Shown: positions 48,296 through 62,499 of the stretch, piece after piece | Layout: each line of letters begins with the position of its first letter | Position numbering within the stretch: the first letter of the stretch is position 1 | Source: Selaginella moellendorffii | Taxonomy: Eukaryota > Plantae > Lycopodiophyta | Reading direction: 5' to 3' | Assembly (NCBI RefSeq): GCF_000143415.4 | Contig: NW_003314338.1 | Span: 548,218-612,217, forward strand | DNA length: 64,000 nucleotides | Translations under genes and position numbers: made by a program | The notes under the pieces: generated by a model | What the model was told of the DNA's origin: nothing | The model's database searches: none | Seen by the model: the letters and a program-made list of their open reading frames with translations, nothing else

Positions 48296-49216
48296 TATAG
48301 AATGAACGCTAGCAAGCCACGATCACCGCCACCAAGCTTAAATACAGCGCTCCATAGACTTGGCCTTTTGCTTCTTGTCATGCTTAAATCCTTGCCTTTC
48401 CTCCTCTTGATTTCTCCTGGTTTTCCTCTGTTCCTCCTCCTCTTGCTTAATCCTGGCTTCTCTCTTTTCCAGATTTCTGCTCACTTCCTCAATCCTGGCG
48501 TCTTTCCTCCCAACTCTTCCTCCTGGCTTCTCTTCCTCTCCATCTCCTCATCGTTTCTGCCCACCACTCCTCCGCCACCTCCTTCCTCTTCCTACTCTGG
48601 AAGCCCATGGAAGGTGGTAAAGATCCACCCCGAGAAACGTCCACTGGCAGCGGAAACAGAGCAGGATAGTGTTCTCGAGCGTCCTATTGCACCACCACTG
48701 CATCTTGCAGAATGGGCACTGCGTCACGAAAGTTGGAGTGGCGTAAGGTGGTGGCGGTGGCGGTGGCGGAGGAGGACGAGGAGGACTCACACCGCTAGAA
48801 GTAGAAGGGAGTGAGCTCCTGATGCTATCATAGATCATCTTCTTGTTCTTGTCCGAGAGAAGCATCCAGGCCTCATTGACGAGCTTGAAAGCCTCCTCCG
48901 CTCCGTTCATCCTGTTCTTGTCCGGGTGGAGAACCAGTGCCATCTTCTTGTACTGCGTCCGGATGGTGGCATCGTCGGCGCGGGGATCCACTCGCAAGAT
49001 CGCGTACCAGTCGTGATCACCAATCCCGACCTGCGACAAGAGAAGAGAATGGTGACGAGCCGCGGCGGCGGCGTGGACTTCCACCACCGCTAGCATCTGC
49101 TTGCCACGCTCTAGGCCGGGGTCGAGTTGCAAGGCCTTGACACATAACCTTCTTGCCGCTGCTAAGTCATGGAACATAAACTTCTTCTCCGCAAGCTCTA
49201 CTGCCTTGACAGCCAT
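48296..49216 (-). pseudogene. Frameshifted, 5'-clipped paralog of the short J-domain gene
   Basis: J domain (LHPDKN) and CxxC pairs intact. Lacks MECNKDD. Frame shifts after HLPW relative to 49692-50894, while nucleotide similarity continues to ~48296. Confidence 0.75.
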
Positions 49217-49691
49217 CCCTAGGTTAATCCCTTTTTGGTAAATTTTTTGCTTTTTCTAAAGGGTATTAAAGGGTTTTCTTTTTCACTAGAAATCTGGAAG
49301 AATTAAAAATCCGACTTCACCCACTCTTAGTATCAGGTGAGCTCCATGGAGGAAGTCTAAGTGAATCTCCCAGCACCCAGTAGCACATTGGATTTTCAGC
49401 AGGGAAACTGTTTATGAATCGATTCCTCTGTACAACACAAACCACTGCAAACCCTACTTGTCAGATTTGTGTTTTCCCTTGCACCATCCACTTGTGCCAG
49501 TTATTTATTAAATTTCTTTTTAGCAAGCTAGGTGTTAATTGATTATCTTGTGAGTAACGATTGTTTTTTTTTCTTTTTTCTTTTTCTTTTTTCTTTTCTT
49601 CTTGGCATAGTAGATCTCTCACGAGACATTAAAAAGGAAAATGTTTTGGCTTAACACGAGTATATAATATCGCTAACTTAATCGCATATAT

Positions 49692-50894
49692 TCAGAGCCT
49701 GATAGATAGAATGAACGCTACCAGAATGAGCGCTAGCAGTAGTGCTGCGGGCAAGATGAATCCCTTGCCTAGAACTAGCAGCACCACGATCACCGCCACC
49801 AACCCTGCATTTCCATTTGTAGACTTGGCCCCTCCCTGCTTGCTCCTCTGATCCATCTCTGATTGCTTCCTGGTCTCTCTCTCCTTAATCCTGGCTTCTC
49901 TCCTCCTTTCCTCCTGGTCATGCTTGATCCTTGCTTCTCTCTTCCTTTCCTCCTCCTGATCTTGATTTATCCTGGCTTCTCTCCTCCGTTCCTCCTTAAT
50001 CCTTGCTTCTCTCCTCCTTTCATCCTCCTTCTCTTGTCTAATCCTGGCTTCTCTCCTTCTTTCCTCCTCCCTCTCCTTCATCCTCAGGAATTCTGCCCGA
50101 CTATCCTCCGCCTCTTTAATCCTGGCTTCTCTCTTCCTTTCCTCCTCCCTCTCTCTCTCCATCCTCATGGTTTCTGCCCACTCCATCTCCCTCCTCTTCA
50201 TAGTAGCCTCTTCCTCTTGCCTCTGGTACCATGAATCGCTCCCTGGATAACCCCATGCAAGGTGGTGAAAGTTTACCACGATAAAATTCCGTAGGCAGCA
50301 AGCACAAAGCAGCACATAGTTTTCAAACGTCTTATAGTACCACCACTGCGCCATGCAGAATGGGCACTGCGCCACAAAAGTTGGAGTGCCATAAGGAGGT
50401 GGCTGCGGTGGTGGCGGTGTCCGAGGAGGAGGAGCACTCACATCGTTAGAAGTAGAAGGGAGTGAGCTCCTGATGCTGTCATAGATCATCTTCTTGTTCT
50501 TGTCCGAGAGAACCGTCTTGGCCTCGTTGACGAGCTTGATAGCCTCCTCCGCTCCATTCATCCTGGTCTTGTCCGGGTGGAGCAAACGTGCCATCTTCCG
50601 GTACTGCGTCCGGATGCTAGCATCGTCCGCGCGGGGATCCACTCGCAAGATCGCGTACCAGTCGTGATCACCAATCCCGAACAGATCGCTAGGCAAGATT
50701 ATTAGAGAATGGTGACGAACGGCGGCGGCAGCGTGGACTTCCACCACCGCTAGCATCTGCTTGCCACGCTCTAGGCCCGGGTCGAGTTGCAAGGCCTTGA
50801 CACAAAAATCTCTCGCTGCCGCCAAGTCGTGGAGCATGAACTTCTTCTCTGCGAGATCGACTGCCTTGACAGCATCGTCTTTGTTGCATTCCAT
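49692..50894 (-). CDS. Short J-domain/Zn-ribbon protein with E/R repeats and hydrophobic C-terminal tail (no DUF3444)
   Basis: MECNKDDAVKA, LHPDKT, QCPFC..CACC, about 7 copies of EERRREARI(K), ending GLVAVIVVLLVLGKGFILPAALLLALILVAFILSIRL. Confidence 0.85.
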   Translation of the reverse strand: MECNKDDAVKAVDLAEKKFMLHDLAAARDFCVKALQLDPGLERGKQMLAVVEVHAAAAVRHHSLIILPSDLFGIGDHDWYAILRVDPRADDASIRTQYRKMARLLHPDKTRMNGAEEAIKLVNEAKTVLSDKNKKMIYDSIRSSLPSTSNDVSAPPPRTPPPPQPPPYGTPTFVAQCPFCMAQWWYYKTFENYVLLCACCLRNFIVVNFHHLAWGYPGSDSWYQRQEEEATMKRREMEWAETMRMEREREEERKREARIKEAEDSRAEFLRMKEREEERRREARIRQEKEDERRREARIKEERRREARINQDQEEERKREARIKHDQEERRREARIKERETRKQSEMDQRSKQGGAKSTNGNAGLVAVIVVLLVLGKGFILPAALLLALILVAFILSIRL

Positions 50895-51545
50895 TCTATC
50901 TGGGCTAGTTGTTTAATCACTAATCTCAAGAAATTTTAATCTATCTACTACCTGCATGGGTTCTGGATCCGTGAATCTCTTCCAGTTTTGTTGAGCCTGA
51001 GCCTGAGTAGAAGAAATTGGGCGGTGCCATTCGCAATAAGATGGAAAGTTTCAACACGGAATGCTTGTGACTGTCATCAGAATGACGATTTCTTAGAACT
51101 AGTATAGACGAATAAGGTCAGTAAATAATTATTATATCTTTTGAAAGGCAAAAATCTTCATGTTTTTGTTTTCAAATTTCTGCTGATACATCCTAGCAGG
51201 AACTTGGGCTCCCAAAAAAAAAGCAAAACAAATATACACACTCATCCCACTGGCCTTCAGCTCAAAAGGAAGTTTAAAGTCAATACAATACAAACCCGTC
51301 AGCAACAACAGCGTCGTCCTCTTCTCGTCGGTGTCTCTCTCTCTTTTTTTTCATCCATCAGCGCAAAAAAAAAAAAAAAAACAAAACAAAAACAGCAGCG
51401 ATCAAGCAGCCAAGTTTAAAGTCAGCCGGGTAGCCTGCAAATCAGACTCGGAAGAAAAGCGAAGGAAGAACGCAAAAAAAGAAGAGAGGAAGAGGAAGAA
51501 ACAATGGGTGGGCTGGGAGCAGCAAAAATTACACTGGAGAGATCG

Positions 51546-54500
51546 CTACCGTGGGGAGCTCGAGGATGTTACAACGCTTGGAGGAGCAGCAGTGGCACTT
51601 GCGGTCACTGACGGATTACTAGAACCGTTCGTCGTTGGCCTTTGTGCTCCGCCATGGACTTGTCTTGGCTGCAAGAACAAAGATGGGCGATCGAGTATAA
51701 AAGAAGCCAACGATCTCCATACCTGTACACCATGACTCAAACTTGGCACCGGCGTTCCTGGGAAAGATGGCGAGCTGGGAAGCACCGAGGATGGCCTTGC
51801 CGGTCTCGTAGAATTCACCGTGTTCGTCGGGACAGGCACTGGCACTGGCAAGCTTTGCTGCTGCTGCTGGACAGGCCTTTGAGCAGCACCACTTCCCTGC
51901 TGTTGCTGTGCCAGAGTTCTCCCATTCACAGCCGGGACAATACCGAGCTTCGCTGCTGTGCCAACTTGGTTTAGTGCCGCTCCACCGTTTCCATTCGTCG
52001 TGGCACTGCCTTGGTTAGCGCCACCGCTGGTGCTCCTCGTTAGATTGTACATGCCGGGGAAGTTCTGGCCTGGTTTCCATGACCCCGCTGCGCTGGGAGC
52101 CAACGCTGCTTGAGGAGGCAATCCCGAGCTGCTGGTTCCAATGCTCATGGGACCACTGCCCGAGTTTGAGCCACCCAGCGGTTGCAAGCCCGGCTGCGTA
52201 GTGTTCTTCCCAGGGGCTTGTAGCGCACTGGCCTGTTTTTGCTGTGACTTTCTAGCCTGTGGAGCTTGCTGTGATTGTGGCTGCTGTTGTTGCTGTTGTT
52301 GTTGTTGCTGCTGCTGCCTTCGTTGGATTTGAGCTTGCGTGGTTGTCGAAGCTGGCTGTTGAGAAGCTGGCGGTGCAGCAGCTGAAGTAGCCGGCGTAGT
52401 TTGCTGCTGCGGAGGTGGCGTCGACGGAGCTGCTGGCACCGGAGATGCTCCCTGCGGCGATTGCTTCTGAAGACTCTTTTGCTGCGAAGTTTGTCCAGCG
52501 GTGCCTTGCGTGAGTTGTCCCCCCTGGCTTTGTCCCGAAACCTTACCAGGCTGGCTCATGCTGGCTTGCTTCCCGGCTTGCTGCATCGCCAAACTTCTTT
52601 GTTGCGCTTGGCCAGCTTGAGCCGTTCCTGGCGGGCTTGGCAGCTGAGAGTTGGCTGTTTGCTGGCTCCCCGGCATCAGAGCTGAGTGTGTTGCGACACC
52701 CCGGCCGCTCGCGTTGTTCTTACCCACTTTGGATTGTTGCTGGACCTGCAAGAGCTGCTGCTGTTGGAAACTTGGTTGTTTTGTTAATGACTGCTTTTGT
52801 GTTGGTACCTGTACCTTTTGCTGGCCTGAGAGCTGTCCCATTTGTGTTGGCGTTGGCTGTTGCGGGTGTTGCGCTCCTGGCAACACCTGCGACTGCTGCT
52901 GCTGGTGGCTCGGAGATAGCTGCTGCGCTTGCTGGGACGGGAGCAAAGGCTGCTGCTGCTGTGTCAACATTCCAAGCTGATGCTGCTGCAACAAGTTGTT
53001 TGGCTGCTGGAAAATTCTTTTTTGCTGCTGCTGCTGTTGCTGCTGCTGCTGTTGTTGTCTTTCGTTGACCAAACGGACCGCTGCCAAATACTGCTGGTGC
53101 TGCTGCTGCTGGCTTTGCTGCTGCGGGCTCAAATGTTGCTGCTGTTGAGGTGCGAAACTTTGAGTTGGTGAAGAGACCATTGGATTGGAAAGGTTCATGT
53201 TGTTTGAACTTAGGGTGTTCAAAGCAGCAACTGCCTGAGGATTACCTTGAGCAGCTTGGTGCTGCAGCTCTTGGATAATATGCTGCTTTTGCTCCTCCGT
53301 GCAGCGGCCCGACTGTTTAAGAAGCATAAGAATGACGCAGCGGCATTAAGCGTGTCATGTCAACTGAAAGCTCTTACCCGGATCAGCTGAGTTGCTTCTC
53401 TTGCCCGTTTCATAAAATTCGCAGGGCTCGGTATACCACCTGCCATCATGGAACCTGACGCGGGCAAAGCAACTCCACCGGGAGGCATCAGTCCTGGTGA
53501 AGGCCCTGGTGGTATCATGCCTGGCATGGTTGGCCTCGGTAGCGACAAGCCGCCTCTGTTCAAGCCCATCAAGCCTGCTGTGTTACCAGAAGGTAGCATC
53601 GGCATTGAGCAGTCACTTGAATTTGGCAAACTTGCCATTGGCAAGTTACCAGGGGAGTTTGCTTGAGGTTGCAAGCTACGTCCCGTAACCATCCGAGTGT
53701 ACCGTAGCCTCTGCTCCTCTGCCGACAAGGGACGCATCGAAGCAGCCATCCTTTGAGCGTCTCTGAAATGCAGTTAAAGCGTTTAGAGGCCAACTGAAAA
53801 TAAGTATGAACATCGAGAGCAACATACCGTGCAGCAGCCGCGTTAATTGCAGCGGAGCCTGGAGAGACCATAGAACCCAGATGTGGGAGCAAAGGAAGAC
53901 CAGCCGAGTTTGGTCGCATGCCATTAGGTGCCATAACGCCTGGCATGTTGAGTCCCGGGTGCTGAGGCAGTGAATAGCCATGCGCAGGGATGTCTCCATT
54001 TGACATGGGATGCTCGCAAAGATCCAAAGGACTAAATGCAAGACGAAAGTTAGTGAACGAAGTTGAAATGTTTTCTGGAGAATAATACCTGAGAGGCACA
54101 CCGGACAGACTGAATTGAGATGCTGTACTTAAATGAGATGCGTGCACAGGTAAAAGTTCCTGGTTTTCTAACGTGTCGTTCTGCAAGAAAAAATAAAATT
54201 ACAATATAAACGTTAGGAAACCGGTACGTATCCAAGTGAGGAAAAACCTGTTGCTGCTTTGAGCGGTGAGCCTGCACAATATTCACAATCCGCTCAAGGT
54301 GCACTTTTACAGTGTCTTCTTCCATCGGCCCCTGTAAACGTTGCAAGAAGACACGCGTACTTTGCTGCTGGGAAAAGAGATCGGGCACGAGTGAGAGATG
54401 TGGCAAAAGAGTGACCACGGTCACCTTCGGCATTGATGTTCCCGGCTCATCGTTGTCTCCATTATCATTGGATAATCTGTCCAAAAGAGACTTGTGTCTG

Positions 54501-57500
54501 TCTTTACAATCTTTTGGTTTCCGGAAAATGCCCTGTAAAGAACGCTTTCGTTTGTTTCTTCGAAGGACTAGTGATGTTTACGTACCTTTAGCTGGGAGCT
54601 GGAGCTCAATACGTCACTTACAAGCTCCCAATTCGGACCAAGATCATGCACAAGTGCCAAAATTGCCTGAGAAAACAAGAGGTTTTTAGTAACTGTTAAA
54701 GGCTGAAAAACAATCCTAGACCTGATCCTCGGTAGCTGACCAGGGAATACCAACTCCTGGAGGATTGATTGACGACTGAATGAAGCCCTGTTTAGGAAAC
54801 TAATAAGCATAGAAAATAAACAAAAGTACAAGCCCATACCTTGGTCGCTTTGTTTCGCCGTATTCTATCACGAGCGCTATTTTGTCTCATAATTTTACTC
54901 GAAGTGGTCAGGTTGAGACCGGTTGCTGAAGGCCCAGCTTCCGCAAAGTCAGGAGAATGCTTTGAAGATTTCAATTTCTTCATAGGATGCATACTGACAA
55001 CACCTTGTGACCCTGGTGTCCCAGGTGTATCTGCTCAAGAATAGTTAAGATCCACACACACACGGCAGAGAAAACCATACCATGCTCGGATGACAGTGGA
55101 CTGTACTGGTCACTTTTGCGTTTGAGCTGGTCCTGCAATTTTTGTTCAACATGATTACCAATCCAGAAAAATCAAGAGTAGAAGGTAAAAAACGAACCTG
55201 TTCAAGCTGATTAAGTTCAGCGTCAGTCTGCAAGTACAACATCTATCAGGTAAGAAGAAACAAATCCTTCAAGTACGTACTTTTGAAAGATGAGAGTTCG
55301 ATATAGCATCCGTTGAGAAGTCGGAGTGGAAAGCTTTCGTCTTCTTCTTCTTCTTGAACCGGAGAGAGCTTGTGCCTAGCCCACCCTTTCTCGGACCCAC
55401 GGAGTCACCCTCACTAGCTCGGCTGTCAGGAAATCCAAGGAGGTCTTCCTGCTGGGAGTTCGTGGAAGCCGAGGACGCGTTCCCTCTGTGTGCACCAGGA
55501 GACAATGTAGTCGACGCTGCACGTTGTCGAGCAACTACTGCTGATGTTCGCATGCGTTTCGTAGGAATAACTCCGATGGAACTAGCTGCACCAGCGGTAG
55601 GCCTTTTCGCGGGCGATGAGAGCCGATTACTCCCATCACAATAACCACCTTGTGACAGACCGTCGTAAGCTTTAGGTGTCTGCGCCTTGAGAATTCTCTT
55701 CCTCTTTTTCTTTGATATGGTCAAGTCACCCGGCATGTAGTGCAGCCCGTAATCATCGTCAGGTAGCTTTGGTGATGTCCGACTACCAAACGACCTTGAA
55801 TCGTCTCCATAGAGGTCTAACTCAGAACAGATGCCAGATAAACGTTGATCGTTGAGACTGTCCTGTAAAAGCTTCTCCTGCAGACAACAAACCACTGAGC
55901 AACAAGAGTAGCAGTCCTACAGCGGCACTTACGCTCACAAAAGCATCCCAGTTCTTCTCAATAGAAAGCCGGTAAGTCTCCAAGGCGCCGTCCGACACGA
56001 TAAAAACCAAGCTTTCCTGTAAGGAGAATACTGTCAGCAAACAGTAAAATAACTACGTGACGCGTACCTCGGGAAACTGCTCCATGAGAAACAAGCTATC
56101 CGGGACAAAATGAGGAGTTTTTGGCAGCTCTAAATCAGTTGACGCTCGCATGACATACTTGTGGATGGGACGACGCTTTTCCGTCGGCGCAGGACCATCT
56201 ACGTCCATAGGAACTGCTTCGCAATCATCATTTTTCTTGATGGACAACTCGTCAGGCTTTTGCGTCAAGGCAGCCGCTGACTGCCAATATCTTGTCACGA
56301 TATTTGCCAGTACATGCGCGATCCTCTTTTTGTTCTTCTTCAAATCAGTATCGGCAACCTTTGTCTGCTGCAACCGTTGAGCCGTCCAGCGGCAAACCTG
56401 TGCAGCAGCCGCTGTCTTCCACAAGCGCTCCTGTAATGAGACAGACTATTAAAATGAAGAGCACAAATGAAGTTCAAATTCTTACCTGCATAAAGTCATT
56501 AGCCATCCATGACATCTCTTCCAGAACAAAGTCCCAGTGGGATTTCTGCCTTGCTGGTTCAGAACCAGGCTTGTGTCTTGAAAACTCCATCGTATGTTTT
56601 TGGGCAGCCTTTGAAAGTAAACGGTAAGACAAAACGTAGATAAACAAAGAAGAGAGTACCTTGATAGTTTCAGCTGCCTCTAAGATCATATCTTCTTGCG
56701 CTTTCTCAGAAACTGGTTTCTGCTTGTCTGACGCTTCATTTTTCTGTACCGATGCATCCGTAGAAAGTCCCGAAGGGCACGGTTCTGAAGGCCGTGCTAC
56801 ATCTCGAGTTTTATCGCCTTCGCTTTGTTCCTCTACTCCCTTCCCGTCTTGCTTAGCCTCCGGAGAACTTGCAGGGTTGATTTCTTCGTTTGTAGACTGT
56901 TCCATTGCTTTTTGTCTCGCATAGTCATCCGAAATGTCCTTATTTTCTTTGCGTTCGTCTTGCACGCTTCCATCGTTCCCCGGTGAAACACAAGTTCCAA
57001 CCTCTTGAACATCCGCAGAGCACGTTGGAGGGACTTGAAATCTACACATGGATGACTGATCCGTGTCGCAGGGAAGATACTTTGAAGCCGCGTGCCCATT
57101 GCCGAATTCCTTCTGCTTTAATTTTTTCGTAGACGTCTGATTCTTTCGTCCTTCAACCCCCAGAACCTCGTCGTGATCTCTGTGTTTAAAAACAGGCCCG
57201 TCACTGACATGTCCAGGAGTCCCTGCCGAGCCGTTTTCAAGAACCTCTCCCGTCACACGGCAACTAGCAGTTTCCTGCTCTACGTATCTACCATTTTCGA
57301 GGGAAGAACAGTTTGTGTTTCGAGCACACAAGTCGTCTAGTTCACTGTAGCAAAGCATAAATTGTCTACACTCAAGAAGAGCTTAAGCGAGCTTGCTTAC
57401 CTCGACAACACTTGAGCAGCAAAACGAGGTAGTAGCGACTCACCGAATTTATAATCTAGCGGATTTCCTCCCTGTGTAACAAGGGACCACAACCAAAAAT

Positions 57501-57815
57501 AGTTTTAGAGACAGTAGAACTCACAAGCTTAGTTACCTTTTCTAGGAAATCAAGCTCTTTGCTTAGCTCTTCTCTTACAGTCACTTCTAACCTGCAACAA
57601 AGCAAAAAAAAAAAAAAAAAGGAACAAAGTTCATACACAAAGATAGAAAAACAAACAAAAAGAGCAGGAAAAAAAAAACAGTACCTGAGTTCTGCCTGAG
57701 CTTTGTCTATGGCAGCTCGGCGGGGAGATGGTATGCTGTCTACGTTGGTTGCAGCACCAGATCCTCCGCCCATGGAACCTTCCTCCACATTGACTATGAA
57801 TCGCGACCCTGGCAC
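51546..57815 (-). CDS. EAF1: Chromatin modification-related protein EAF1 (NuA4 scaffold; HSA and SANT/Myb domains, Q-rich tail), multi-exon
   Basis: SPRRAAIDKAQAELR, RQKSHWDFVLEEMSWMANDFMQ (HSA), IPTKRMRT, ALVHDLGPNWELVSDVL (SANT), LQGPMEEDT and a polyQ C-terminus. Exact start uncertain (ATG 57773 or upstream). Confidence 0.92.
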
Positions 57816-60800
57816 TGACCAAGGGTCTCTCCTCGATCCAAAGTTACCATGAACACCGAGTCGCCACCATCAAACTTACTTCCTCCTGGTGGCTAGAAAA
57901 AATATATCTCCATCAGAAACTGCGACTTGGAAGAACCCAGAGAAAAAAAAAATCCAATCCCTGCACCAGCTCCCTCCAGAGAAAAAAAAAAAAAACAAAA
58001 ATCCAACGAAGGAACTAGCCCAGACGAGAGCCTCTACACTGGAACTCCCCCACCCGAGCTATATTATTCCTGTTTGATTCGTCGAATATCAACGTCCAAA
58101 TCGTAGCTGGGCATCCAGTGCCCACGTCCCAAATCGCAATTCCCTAAACCCCGCGAGGATGTGCTGCGATTCACAGCCCCTGGCCAGCCCCTGCCACTTC
58201 GAATTGCCGGATTTCCTCCCTCTCAAACACCACTACTCTCCCCACAAACCCTAAAAAACCTATTCTCAAACGAGGCAGCAGGGCAGAGAAGGAAATCGAT
58301 CGAAATACCTGGCCACAGCGATAGAAATCTCCCTGGCAGCAGCAGCAGCCGGTAGAATCCCAATCCGTGACTCCAATCCAAAAGCCCTAGAGGCCGCGCT
58401 TGATCCGGCGCTGGTGGATCATCCTTCTCGCAATCCAATTGGTGTCATTGCACTCCCAATGGCGCCCTGGGCGGGGAAGAAATGGTGTCGAGCGTGAGAT
58501 CGGAGGGCAGAGTGGGGGGATCTCCTCTACGGGTGGCGTCGCGGGGGATTAGTGTAACCCCGTGCTTGCTCACACTCTGGTGTGTCCAGACCTGTAGAGG
58601 ACGAGCTCCCCACACACAGGCATTCCCGGTTCGATTCTCTGCCAAACAAGTTCGTGTTATTTTAAATGAAAATAATATTTAAGCGTGAAAATTCACATTT
58701 GAAATAAATAATCATAATCATATATAATCATATAATCATATATATAGAACTATTATCTAAAATGTTAAAACACTATTTGAATTGAATGGTAATAATAATT
58801 AAGTTTTAACTTGTATGAAATGAAATGCTTTTTTCATATTTACAAATTACTCCTAAAGTTTATCAATAGATCAAACAGCGATGCCTTACTAAACTGGCTT
58901 TAGAGGGTTAAATGTGTGGATTTCAATAATTACAATACAATGCTTTTGCCCAAATTATTAAGGAATTTAATTTTAAATTTAATAGAAAAGAAAAAAAGAA
59001 AAAACTCAAACAAAAAATAATGCCTTTTAAAAATACTTGAAATAAAATAGCTTAAAAAAACTCAGTGGCATTAAAAATTTTATAATTTAGTAGTATTAAG
59101 TAGAGTAGCAATCCTTATATAGTAACATTTACCATACCATGATCACTCAAAAGCTAGATATGTATCATGCAATTTAATTAAATTAAAACATAAGAAATCA
59201 AGATAATAGAAAAATAAAATATTTTTAATTTACTATAAATAAAATCTATAAAAGACAATAAAAATTTAAATAACATTAATTGTTAAGTAAGAATTTAAGC
59301 TTGCTGGAAAAATGTAAATAAAAAAATTAAAAAATTAAAAATATAGGAGAAAATATCTTTTTATAAAATCTAACTTCCCACACATTTTCTAAACACAATT
59401 ATATTTGTGCTAACCTTTGACTGATCAATTTCTATTATTGGCTTGTAATTTACTATAAAGGATATGGTCAATATCATGGGTGCATATTGAGAATATGGGA
59501 CTTAATTATAAACTCATTTGTTAAAAAAATAAATTAGGTTAAGTTAAACACTGGAATCTTTTTATATTGTGTATTTATTTAAAAAATAGGATGATCTACA
59601 CTAAAATACATATTTATATTTATAATATTTAATATTTGTATAATTATGGTGTTTTCTACAAAAATATTCTTACTCTAGTATCAGACAACTAGCTTCTATA
59701 ACAAATTACTTATACCTTTGTTAACTATAACTTTTTTAGCATTTATTTTTGTTTCATTATAGATATAAAAATCATAATATTTTAATTATATATTATTATC
59801 ACATCAATTCCTTTTTTTCCTCATTAACTCAATTATATATCTTATCCTATTCAATAAGTATAGTTTCTTCTATTCCCTCATAAATTCTCAAACAAATCAT
59901 AACTGCAATAGTCATCATTTTACTTGAAATTATAGTTTGCCACATAGTTTATGGTATTAAAGTGGGTACTTTCATCTCTTGCCTTAGTTGCAAGCAAATA
60001 TCCATTGGTGATTCAAAACTTTATAGCATTTCTTATAGACAACAAAAGGTTTCAAGAATATCAAACATTAGTAGATATTTCTGTCTTATCTTTTAGTTTT
60101 GTTTCTTAATTGTCCTTTACAACTCAAGATAGTAAGATGGTGATGAAAAGACATAATGCTTCACTAGCTAAAGAAATAGATATAGTTTTCCATGTATTAT
60201 AATTCTGCTAGATTGGATTTGCCTCTTTAATGTTTTATTCCTCAAGCAAGAGACCACTAATAATCTTAATACAACACCATAAAAAATCTCAACTTTGTAA
60301 TGTGGTAAGTATGAATATTTTATGATTGTGAGTGAGGTTTTCACCTTATGTTTTACCTATATGTTTAAAGCCTTGAGCTCTATCTTTGAGAGGAAATGAA
60401 TCAAGTTCTCAAACAAATAACCTCCACACATGTAACCTAGATCCTTTCTTCACTAGAAGCTTTGTTGGTATCATTGAGGAGGGGATAATCTAAAGTTAAG
60501 TTGAGCTCACAAGTTAAGTGCAATTCAACTCAAGTCAATGTTAGTCAACATAATCAACCATAAGTTTTACAAAGAAATGTCATGTTAAAAAAATATTATT
60601 CTTTGGTGAATTTAAAATTCATGAATATAATTGTCAATTGTTCAGAAAAAATTTCTATTTTTGAATCTATTTATGAAGAAACTTTTAATTTTCAATACAA
60701 CCTATATAATAAAATATTGATTGAGTAGTTTCTAGAATTAAAAGTTCATTTGAACATATGGAATTGTTATTTTTTGCATTCAAAATGTTTTGATTATATA

Positions 60801-60889
60801 GCACACCTATATTTGGAACCAAACTCTAATCCCATTACACTATGAAACAAGGGTCTAGTACATACTTAATTTTACAAGCACAAGCTCCC

Positions 60890-61470
60890 CATATTTAGCA
60901 TTTGTATGTAAATTAGTGTCAAATAGTATCTAGCATGATTTCAGTATACCAGTGGCCTAATGTGAAAATGAGGGTACCCTACCAACTAGAGCAATGTGGA
61001 ACTTGGGCTTAAACCTAAGCTGAACGCAAAAAAAAGAGCAACACAGCTCAATGGAAGCTAAACTAATGTTTAAACCTATGTTCCATAGATATGCATCTTG
61101 GGGATCTGAAATGGAACTAACATATAAGTCATTATAGTGAGGGTGTTTGGCAAATATGGTATGTTATCATGTAATAATATTGAAGGACTAAACTCAATAT
61201 CATGGGAGTTCTTGCCATGTTAGTGCAAGATAGAGGAAAAGAGAATTAACAAGCTGGGCCAAGTATGCTTGGCTAAATAGACACTTAGGAATTCCTTTCT
61301 TATGCTTATTTGGCCAAGTATAAATGTTAAATCCAATTTACTAACACTTCGATAAAAGAGGCTGATAAAAGGAATTAGTAGTACTGACCTTTTGTCATCA
61401 TGGCAGTAAAGAGAGAGTGTTTGTAAGGACTGGTTAACAAGCATTTTACAATATGCAAAGTCACATTTGT
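60890..61470. repeat. Further copy of the decayed repeat family seen at 2360-3130 and 6900-7350
   Basis: Shared blocks such as atctagcat...tgtggaacttgggctt, gagggtgtttggca and aaggactaaactcaatat. Confidence 0.7.
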
Positions 61471-61903
61471 GATAGGTTATATTGAGTTCTTTTTTGCCTA
61501 AATAAAAAGAAGTTTGTACGAATTTGAAATTTTTATTGTATATTTTGACATTTCAACAATTAACCAGAAATATATAAATAATTTAAAACACTGATTCACT
61601 CATTCATTTTTAGGGTTTTACAAAGATGGGGAAGCAAAGAAGACAAAAAATTATAAGTAACTCTAGCATATAGAGATGTGAGAATGTTAATTTTATTTAC
61701 TAATACAATCTTCATATTACACTCCTAGTCCTTATGGTTCATTTAGGAATATGGATACCACTGTCACTATTAATAAAAATGCTCTTATTATTTCTGAAAT
61801 AATAGTTTAGAATAAACGAAAAGAAGAAATAGATAGTATAGCAAAAGACACTAATAAATCCACTCCATAAAGCTTTCTATAGCTTTTGTAATCCACTAAA
61901 ATA

Positions 61904-62003
61904 NNNNNNNNNNNNNNNNNNNNNNNNNNNNNNNNNNNNNNNNNNNNNNNNNNNNNNNNNNNNNNNNNNNNNNNNNNNNNNNNNNNNNNNNNNNNNNNNN
62001 NNN
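61904..62003. other. Assembly gap (100 N)
   Basis: Run of n characters. Confidence 1.
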
Positions 62004-62499
62004 CGCATATCTATGTGTGTTTGTCATTATAATATATATATCAGACCAGCTATATAAAATAAGGTTACATAATAATAATATGCTAGTTTTGAGCTTTTGA
62101 AACCCTATAGCCACTTGTCTTTAACAATAAATTGTAATTAATATGTAGCCACATTACAGAGACTGACAATTAAGACTCAATATATTACCATATCATAATA
62201 AAACCTCATTCCTGATATTGAAATATAATATATTAATCAAAGAATTTTTATTGTTGAAGAGTTTAATTCTTCTTGTGTGTTAGAATGGTTTGGAAAAAGT
62301 TTACTTTTGGTCCTAGATGCCTCTCTCCACCTCTATCTCCAAACTTAACTAATAATCCACCTTCACCTCTACATAACAATTTTCTTTTTCATTTAAGGGG
62401 TGTTGTGAGCATCTTTTATTTATAACCTCGAGTGCAATTAAACAAGAGTTTCCTTATAATGTTGCTAAAAGAGTTGGATTGCCTCCAATACTTCAATAG

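Noticed and set aside
51850-53150. (CTG/TTG)n tracts
   Set aside because: Ordinary polyglutamine coding in the EAF1 tail.
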